From a virus (taxonomy: Duplodnaviria; Heunggongvirae; Uroviricota; Caudoviricetes), in the IMG/VR virus record IMGVR_UViG_2571042636_000010: a DNA stretch of 4,419 nucleotides; one strand, 5' to 3'. The notes under the pieces are model-generated. The model saw nothing but the letters and a program-made list of their open reading frames with translations. It made no database searches and was not told where the DNA came from. Shown one piece after another: positions 1 to 4,419 of this stretch (positions are counted from its first letter, which is position 1; each line of letters starts with the position of its first letter). The position numbers and the translations under genes are program-made.

Positions 1-393
1 GCACTGTGCGTCATCAATGAATGCGGCCTGAGTGCGTTCTATCAGGCGGAGATTTGTCAGAACTTCTGACTCTCTTACGGGGTAAGGGGTAATCAGGTAT
101 TTGTTCTGCAATTCGGCGATAATGATGTATTGCTGTAGCTCCGAGCCAATAATATGAATAAGGTGTCCAATGTCAGATAAATTCAGTCTGGTGGTTGGTT
201 GTGTTTTGAGAACCGTTAGTTCAGCATCCTGTTTTTCGATAATTTCGGCTGCTTCGGCGGTTACTCTTGCTATCATCATGGCTGTGGTAGCAGGCCCAAT
301 CATTCCTGCATTTGTTGCATCCTGAATGGCTCTGTTTGCGGTCTTCGATATATTTTTTAGCGCAGTTACAATGCCTTTTTCTTTTGCGTTCAT
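1..393 (-). CDS. hypothetical protein, first 131 codons only (gene continues past window start)
   Basis: Minus-strand frame is open for all 131 codons from ATG at 393-391 to position 1, with no stop. GGAGA Shine-Dalgarno lies 7 nt upstream (reverse complement of 401-405). Translation starts MNAKEKGIVTALKNISKTANRAIQGCNNAGMIGPATTAMMIARV. Absent from the ORF track because it has no in-window stop. No family recognised. Confidence 0.5.
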   Translation of the reverse strand, partial: MNAKEKGIVTALKNISKTANRAIQDATNAGMIGPATTAMMIARVTAEAAEIIEKQDAELTVLKTQPTTRLNLSDIGHLIHIIGSELQQYIIIAELQNKYLITPYPVRESEVLTNLRLIERTQAAFIDDAQC

Positions 394-486
394 TTTTGTA
401 TCTCCATTATTTACGTGCGTGAATACCTCCGCTAATTCGGATGGTTTTCACGTTTTCTTATTTAATCTGGTGTTTTATTTGTGCTG

Positions 487-600
487 TTATTCGTCAGAGA
501 AAAAACGCTCAATCTTTTTCACTGAATGAATAATTCGCATAATGCCAATAGCGCAGATCACCGAAATAATCAGAACAAGCCATGACATAAATATGCTCAT
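487..600 (-). CDS. 37-aa hydrophobic small protein (putative single-pass membrane peptide)
   Basis: ATG at 600-598 overlaps the TGA stop (599-597) of the upstream 80-aa gene as an ATGA junction. Hand translation gives MSIFMSWLVLIISVICAIGIMRIIHSVKKIERFFSDE, with TAA stop at 489-487. About 18 hydrophobic residues are followed by a charged tail. Too short for the ORF track. Confidence 0.35.
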   Translation of the reverse strand: MSIFMSWLVLIISVICAIGIMRIIHSVKKIERFFSDE

Positions 601-839
601 ACGATATTCCCCAGTTTATACGGTTCAATGCGTTCTCCGCATTCTGCAGCACAGACGAGTTCGGAAAGTTCGTTAATTGCATCCAAATCGTCAGCGTAAA
701 AAGCCACGTCATAAAGGCTTCTGATTGCCCTTGCTAATGAATCATGGGCTGCGTGTTCTGCCTGGGCCCCTGATGTGTTTAGGCGAAAATAAAAACGCTC
801 AAGTGCTTTGTTGACAAGAGCTTTATATTCTTTGTCCAT
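597..839 (-). CDS. hypothetical small protein (80 aa from internal ATG)
   Basis: Part of track ORF 597..917. ATG at 839-837 follows the TAA stop of the upstream gene (852-850) by 10 nt, with an AAGGG Shine-Dalgarno-like motif 6 nt upstream. The longer start at ATG 917 would overlap the upstream gene by 68 nt. Begins MDKEYKALVNKALERFYFRL. No family recognised. Confidence 0.5.
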   Translation of the reverse strand: MDKEYKALVNKALERFYFRLNTSGAQAEHAAHDSLARAIRSLYDVAFYADDLDAINELSELVCAAECGERIEPYKLGNIV

Positions 840-849
840 CGCACACCCT

Positions 850-1137
850 TTAATCTGCCTTCTGGATTTCTGCTTCTGAATCCATACAAATAATTTCGAT
901 ATAGGGTTTATCGCCATTAACCTGACGAGCCTTTTCAGCTTCGCTAATGATTTCGCGTACGGTCTGGTACGGAAGTTCCACGATCAGTCGCGTGCCGTTC
1001 AGATAAACGTAAGTGGCTTCGGCGGCTCCGTTTTTACCCGCCGGAGCCACTCCATCAATAGCGGATGCACGTAATAACAGTTCACCGCGAAAATCAATAA
1101 AGCGGATAAATACACCTTGTGCATGGTCTTTGGTCAT
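850..1137 (-). CDS. hypothetical small protein (95 aa from internal ATG)
   Basis: Track ORF 850..1197 begins at a TTG. The first ATG is at 1137-1135, 10 nt after the TAA stop (1150-1148) of the upstream gene, so the genes are arranged like an operon. Begins MTKDHAQGVFIRFIDFRGELLLR. The ribosome-binding site is weak (GGGTG). No family recognised. Confidence 0.5.
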   Translation of the reverse strand: MTKDHAQGVFIRFIDFRGELLLRASAIDGVAPAGKNGAAEATYVYLNGTRLIVELPYQTVREIISEAEKARQVNGDKPYIEIICMDSEAEIQKAD

Positions 1138-1147
1138 AAAGCACCCG

Positions 1148-1498
1148 TTATAAGTCAGCCTGTTTAATAAAACTTTGCCCACGAAGCAGACGATCAACCG
1201 TGCGAAGCGCTTCGTATAATGTGAAATCCTGTCCGAACTGATTGTCTCCGCTGCTCAGCGCAAAAATGCGGTTTCCGGTAAACGGATTGCGCTGGCATTT
1301 GTGGACCACGATTCCGGCTTTCTCAATCAGCCAGGTGTGCTCGCCGATTTGTTTTACAGCGTGTCCGTCTGGTGTTGCGTGCGTTTCGCTCAGGCTGTAG
1401 CGAGAGCTGCTACGTGATGCACTGGTAGCGAAGCGGTTAGCGTGGCGTTCCGCCCCGTTGCGGAATCGCTGCTGTGAAGAATTACGTCGTTGCTTCAT
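1148..1498 (-). CDS. hypothetical protein with basic Ser/Arg/Gln-rich N-terminal region (116 aa; alternative starts give 136 or 160 aa)
   Basis: Track ORF 1148..1630 begins at a TTG (1630). In-frame ATGs are at 1558 and 1498. I chose 1498 (MKQRRNSSQQRFRNG...) because the longer forms overlap the divergent upstream region; the start is uncertain. The C-terminal half (HAVKQIGEHTWLIEKAGIVVHKCQRNPFTGNRIF...) looks like a folded domain. No family recognised. Confidence 0.45.
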   Translation of the reverse strand: MKQRRNSSQQRFRNGAERHANRFATSASRSSSRYSLSETHATPDGHAVKQIGEHTWLIEKAGIVVHKCQRNPFTGNRIFALSSGDNQFGQDFTLYEALRTVDRLLRGQSFIKQADL

Positions 1499-1640
1499 AC
1501 AAAAAATATCCTGCTGCTGTTGCGAATTTGTGCCGGGTTTTAGCCATGCCCGGCGCATGGTTTTGTGGTATTTTTCCACCGCCCGCAGTCTTGAAGGGGC
1601 TGTAAAGGGCGCGTGTTCAACTAACCACAAAGGAGTTGTT
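1499..1640. promoter_or_regulatory. putative divergent intergenic/control region between the leftward small-gene cluster and the rightward 155-aa gene
   Basis: A 142-bp gap if the starts at 1498 (-) and 1641 (+) are correct. Contains GC-rich dyad symmetry: GCCGGG (1532-1537) pairs with CCCGGC (1549-1554), and CCATG (1544-1548) pairs with CATGG (1556-1560). A TGgTATTTT extended -10-like motif sits at 1566-1574 on the + strand. No convincing -35 elements found by eye. Confidence 0.25.
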
Positions 1641-2108
1641 ATGGAATTAGATGCTTCTGTGTGTCTGCGAATTTTTGAAAAACACTACGAGCGAGTTGCT
1701 AAAACCTATCGTGAGGTGCTGGATAAAGAAACAGCCAACTCAGCATTTGTTGCTACTCGAGCATTGATTCTCCTTAAATTGGATTTGTTACTTGTCGAGT
1801 ATCGAAGAAATATTGATTCCAAGTGCGTAGTCCTCTTCGGGAAAAATGTGCTTTATCATTATCTTTTCACCCAAAAGGGCGTTTCATTGTCTGATGCCAA
1901 AAATATGTGTCTCCATGACATACTTATTGTTCTCTGGAATGATATTAATGCATATGTAATACCAGAGCATGTATCCGAGCGTATCCAGATTCTTTATAAG
2001 TACGAGCTCTCATCTCCAGTGCCTGATTTAAGTTATGAAGATGAAAGTCTGTTGCATTTTAAGGATTCTGCTTGGGATTTTTATCCTGCCGATACACGAC
2101 TGAATTAA
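1641..2108 (+). CDS. hypothetical protein, 155 aa, AT-rich accessory (moron-like) gene
   Basis: ATG at 1641 is preceded by AAAGGAG (1629-1635) with a 5-nt spacer, the strongest ribosome-binding site in the window. Frame is open to TAA at 2106-2108. My hand count over several 60-nt lines gives roughly 35-45% GC, against roughly 50-60% in the integrase and leftward genes. The track ORF 1458..2108 begins at a TTG and the extension overlaps the minus-strand gene, so the internal ATG is preferred. No family recognised. Confidence 0.6.
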   Translation: MELDASVCLRIFEKHYERVAKTYREVLDKETANSAFVATRALILLKLDLLLVEYRRNIDSKCVVLFGKNVLYHYLFTQKGVSLSDAKNMCLHDILIVLWNDINAYVIPEHVSERIQILYKYELSSPVPDLSYEDESLLHFKDSAWDFYPADTRLN

Positions 2109-2670
2109 GAAACTCATTGTTTCTATCTATTTCAGTCTGGTAGGCCTCTAACTCATGCCGTAATTGTTGTTGTCTTAGTGGTAACTTGTTGCGGCATTTC
2201 AATTCTGCTACAACGGTTTCCAAAAAACTTATCAGTTCTTCATCAGTGTATGAGCCAGCATAAATGTACGGTTTAGTGTTAGCGCATGTACAGTCTGCTG
2301 TTTCTTTAATGAGCATTGATTCGTCATCCATAATCTGTCGATAAAGTTCAAATGCTTCTTCGGCAGGAAACCTGAGCATGACGCCGCATACTGGTTCTAA
2401 AACCAATCCGAACGTTCCCTTTGCGTTATCCCGACAAAAATGTCCGTATTCATCGTCGGGATGCAGGGTGGCATCTTTCAAATCTTCGCCATTCTGAAGC
2501 TTTGATTTAAATGCCATCAGGTCAGCGAACGTTCTGTGTAATTCGTGGTAGTCAATGCTGATTTCAATCTGCGGTTTGCCCGGAAAAACCAGCAAAAGCT
2601 TCTGGTGTGGTTTTTCGTTTTTCAGGGTTTCCAGTCGTTCCAGTAGTGCTTTGTCTTCGTGGTTTGTCAT
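2059..2670 (-). CDS. hypothetical protein, 203 aa, translationally coupled to cox
   Basis: ATG at 2670-2668 lies 1 nt after the TGA stop of the Cox-like gene (2674-2672). The track ORF 2059..2796 starts at an upstream ATG inside cox in another frame, so I prefer the internal start (MTNHEDKALLERLETLKNEK...). The long open frame has a moderate GGGG ribosome-binding site. No catalytic or nucleotide-binding motif recognised. Confidence 0.6.
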   Translation of the reverse strand: MTNHEDKALLERLETLKNEKPHQKLLLVFPGKPQIEISIDYHELHRTFADLMAFKSKLQNGEDLKDATLHPDDEYGHFCRDNAKGTFGLVLEPVCGVMLRFPAEEAFELYRQIMDDESMLIKETADCTCANTKPYIYAGSYTDEELISFLETVVAELKCRNKLPLRQQQLRHELEAYQTEIDRNNEFLNSVVYRQDKNPKQNP

Positions 2671-2671
2671 T

Positions 2672-2953
2672 TCAAAGCCCCAGCCACAGCAACCATGCGT
2701 CTCGTTGTTCTTTCGGGCGTGCAAAGAATGCTTCGCGCATCGCTTTGTTGAACTCCGGGATGTAAACCCAGTTTTCAGCGCGTGAACGCAGTGCATTAGG
2801 GTTCTGCCATTTCACAATTGGAAGTTTGCCGTCAGAAATCATGTCGCTCACAGCAGATGCTGGTTTACCGATCATCTCGGCGAATTTGGGGCCGGGGACG
2901 GCATCAATTGGATAACCAATATTGATATATCGCTCTAGTTCCCTGTCTCTCAT
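2672..2953 (-). CDS. cox: Cox-like excisionase / early-promoter regulator (P2 Cox family)
   Basis: Translation ...FAEMIGKPASAVSDMISDGKLPIVKW...ENWVYIPEFN...ARPKEQRDAWLLWLGL matches my recollection of phage P2 Cox (FAKLIGK...GKLPV...WVYLP...RPKEIRDGWLMWLGL) in order and spacing. It is divergent from the repressor gene, as in P2. Start is either ATG 2953 or TTG 2959; GGAGA lies 5 nt before the TTG and 11 nt before the ATG. Confidence 0.7.
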   Translation of the reverse strand: MRDRELERYINIGYPIDAVPGPKFAEMIGKPASAVSDMISDGKLPIVKWQNPNALRSRAENWVYIPEFNKAMREAFFARPKEQRDAWLLWLGL

Positions 2954-3048
2954 GTGCAATAATTCTCCGTTTAGGGCTATTGGCGGCTTGTATCCGCTTA
3001 TAGCGGTGATGTGTATTGGTAGAAACTTCCACCCTTTAGGAGAATGTT
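2954..3048. promoter_or_regulatory. putative immunity switch region (divergent C / cox control, Pe and Pc-type promoters and operators)
   Basis: An ~90-bp gap between the divergent cox and C starts. The minus strand carries a TATAAG -10-like hexamer (2997-3002) about 40 nt upstream of the cox start. TATTGG occurs twice in direct orientation (2978-2983 and 3014-3019). A short dyad CCGC..GCGG sits at 2994-3006. Assignment rests on the P2/186 face-to-face promoter architecture; exact sites are not established. Confidence 0.35.
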
Positions 3049-3372
3049 ATGGTAGAGACTTCCACCCAGTCAAGAGGGATAGGGGAAAAAATCCGCATGA
3101 TTAGAGATGCTGAAGGTCTTAGCAGACAGCAATTCTTTGAATTGACGGGGATTCCTGCGGGGACGCAAAAGTATTATGAAACTGGACGGGTTGAAAAAAT
3201 AGGTAGTGATATTTTGCTAAAGATCACGCTTCATTCTCAATTTTCTAAATATGCCCTGTGGCTTATGACCGACAATATTGCGCCAGAATCAGGGCAGATT
3301 GCCCCGCCTCTCTCCCCTGATGGGCACGAAAATGCAGTAATGTCGCGCCGCTCCGTCCGCAAAACTGGTTAA
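3049..3372 (+). CDS. C: phage immunity repressor, P2 C-type (short helix-turn-helix repressor)
   Basis: ATG at 3049 with AGGAG (3036-3040) 8 nt upstream; TAA stop at 3370-3372. The 107-aa product contains LSRQQFFELTGIP (helix-turn-helix-like) and YALWLMTDNIAPESGQIAPPL, matching my recollection of P2 C (LSRQQLADLTGVP ... YTLWFMTNQIAPESGQIAPAL). Lies upstream of and co-directional with the integrase, as in P2. Confidence 0.75.
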   Translation: MVETSTQSRGIGEKIRMIRDAEGLSRQQFFELTGIPAGTQKYYETGRVEKIGSDILLKITLHSQFSKYALWLMTDNIAPESGQIAPPLSPDGHENAVMSRRSVRKTG

Positions 3373-3438
3373 CGTTACATTTTGATTTTATTGACTGGTT
3401 AGAGACGGTTTCATTGGCGTCAACCGGAGGGCTTCGCT

Positions 3439-4419
3439 ATGACGATTAAGAAGCTCGAAGGAGGGCAATATCAGGTGGATATTTACCCGCGTGGGCGTGA
3501 AGGCAAGCGCATACGCAGACGTTTCAAGAAAAAACAGGAAGCTATTCTGTTTGAGCGGTATGTGATGGCTAACGTCGAGAAAAAAGAATGGCTCGGCGCA
3601 AGCGTTGATCGCCGTACGCTTGGGGAGTTGCTGGAAATCTGGTGGCTGTTGCATGGTCAGACACTGGAGAACGGTGCAATCGAAAGACAACAACTGGAAA
3701 AGACAATCAGGGCGCTTGGTAATCCTGCCGTTAACCGGCTTGATAAGCGTGAAATTGCCAGGCATCGCGGTGAACGGCTTACAGATGGTATTAGCGCATC
3801 AACCATTAACCGCGATGTTTATCGTTTGTCCGGTATGTTTACCGCATTGAGTAAGCTTGGAGAATTTCGCGTTGAAAATCCCTGTCATGGTTTGCAGCCG
3901 TTACGGGAGGCACAGCCACCAATGACTTACCTTACAAAACAGGAAATCGCCCGATTGCTGGAATTTCTGGAGGGTGACAATCGCCGGGTGGCATTGCTGT
4001 GTCTCAGTACCGGGGCGCGGTGGAATGAGGGAAGCACGCTGCGGGCTGAGCAGGTCAATCATGGACGTGTGACCTTTCTGAAAACGAAGAACGGCAAAAA
4101 AAGGACGGTGCCGATTTCGGAAGTTCTGGAGCGGGAGATCAAAACCTGCGAGACGGGGCCGTTGTTCGATGTGAATTATGCTCAGTTCCGTGAGCAATTA
4201 CGGCGTGTAAAACCTGATTTACCACGGGGGCAGTCAACGCATGTGCTTCGCCACACGTTCGCCAGTTGGTTCATGATGAACGGAGGAAACATTATTGCGC
4301 TTCAGCAAATTATGGGTCATGCCAGCATTAAACAAACGATGGTTTATGCGCATCTTGCACCGGATTTTCTCCAGCACGCGATTACGTTAAATCCGCTTGG
4401 TGGAGGTCTGGGGATTTGA
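3439..4419 (+). CDS. int: site-specific tyrosine recombinase, P2/186-family phage integrase (complete, 326 aa)
   Basis: ATG at 3439 with GGAGG (3426-3430) 8 nt upstream; TGA stop at 4417-4419, the last bases of the window. The C-terminal catalytic region HVLRHTFASWFMMNGGNIIALQQIMGHASIKQTMVYAHL carries the tyrosine-recombinase R..H-x-x-R..Y signature, with LSTGARWNE upstream. The N-terminus MTIKKLEGGQYQVDIYPRGREGKRIRRRF resembles P2-type integrases. Confidence 0.9.
   Translation: MTIKKLEGGQYQVDIYPRGREGKRIRRRFKKKQEAILFERYVMANVEKKEWLGASVDRRTLGELLEIWWLLHGQTLENGAIERQQLEKTIRALGNPAVNRLDKREIARHRGERLTDGISASTINRDVYRLSGMFTALSKLGEFRVENPCHGLQPLREAQPPMTYLTKQEIARLLEFLEGDNRRVALLCLSTGARWNEGSTLRAEQVNHGRVTFLKTKNGKKRTVPISEVLEREIKTCETGPLFDVNYAQFREQLRRVKPDLPRGQSTHVLRHTFASWFMMNGGNIIALQQIMGHASIKQTMVYAHLAPDFLQHAITLNPLGGGLGI

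Noticed and set aside
326-529. Track ORF, + strand, 67 aa (MALFAVFDIFFSAVTMPF...)
   Set aside because: Antisense to the well-supported leftward gene start and its ribosome-binding site. Phe-rich low-complexity product from a T-rich strand, with no Shine-Dalgarno motif. More likely a shadow ORF.
509-712. Track ORF, - strand, 67 aa, overlapping the 80-aa gene and the 37-aa peptide in another frame
   Set aside because: Out of frame with two better-supported co-linear genes on the same strand that show stop-start coupling. No ribosome-binding site.
501-802. Exact 12-mer AAAAACGCTCAA at 501-512 and 791-802, encoding ERFF and ERFY in the 37-aa peptide and the 80-aa protein
   Set aside because: A single 12-mer pair in 4.4 kb is close to chance expectation and the flanking sequence does not extend the match. 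Not enough to claim duplication or a shared regulatory site.
1499-1630. N-terminal extension of track ORF 1148..1630 from a TTG start (160-aa form), and the TTG-initiated extension 1458..1640 of the + strand ORF
   Set aside because: Both long forms begin at non-ATG codons without ribosome-binding sites and would overlap each other on opposite strands. Internal ATG starts, with a strong AAAGGAG for the + gene, give a cleaner divergent arrangement. The call remains uncertain.
1521-1675. 9-mer TGCGAATTT repeated at 1521-1529 and 1667-1675
   Set aside because: Many 9-mer repeats are expected by chance in a window this size, and there is no supporting symmetry or spacing.
2059-2670. Possible HEPN-like R-x5-H motif (LRQQQLRH) near the C-terminus of the 203-aa protein
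   Set aside because: The motif is short and common by chance. Without structural or profile support it cannot be used to call a HEPN nuclease.
2555-2785. Track ORF, + strand, 76 aa, antisense to the 203-aa gene and cox
   Set aside because: Lies entirely within two better-supported minus-strand genes. No ribosome-binding site. Ser/Arg-rich product typical of antisense frames.
2922-3104. Track ORF, + strand, 60 aa, spanning the switch region
   Set aside because: Overlaps the cox 5' end, the intergenic control region and the start of the repressor gene in a different frame. Incompatible with the recognisable C and cox genes.
3388-4197. Track ORFs nested in the integrase gene (3388..3765 -, 3605..3850 +, 3901..4197 -)
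   Set aside because: All lie inside or antisense to the integrase coding region, whose frame carries the recognisable tyrosine-recombinase motifs. Treated as shadow ORFs.
1-4419. Searched for CRISPR repeats, tRNA or rRNA genes, insertion-sequence inverted repeats, transposase or reverse-transcriptase (retron-like) genes
   Set aside because: No regularly spaced direct repeats, no cloverleaf-compatible GC-rich ~75-nt segment that I could identify, and no ORF with recognisable transposase or reverse-transcriptase motifs (for example YxDD).

Overview
The window reads as the lysogeny-control end of a P2/186-family temperate prophage, probably enterobacterial, with accessory genes beside it. Right to left: a complete tyrosine integrase (3439..4419, +) ending at the window edge; a P2 C-type immunity repressor (3049..3372, +); an ~90-bp divergent switch region; a Cox-like gene (2672..2953, -); and a 203-aa gene of unknown function coupled to cox (2059..2670, -). 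Next comes an AT-rich 155-aa gene on the opposite strand with a strong ribosome-binding site (1641..2108, +), which converges on the 203-aa gene with a 50-bp overlap. Left of that is a leftward cluster of small genes (116, 95 and 80 aa plus an unlisted 37-aa hydrophobic peptide) and a leftward gene truncated by the window start (1..393). I see no rRNA, tRNA, CRISPR array, transposase or reverse transcriptase. Family calls for integrase, C and Cox come from recalled protein similarity and were not checked by search; every other product is unknown. The best candidates for something undescribed are the 155-aa/203-aa convergent pair next to the immunity switch and the coupled 37-aa membrane peptide.
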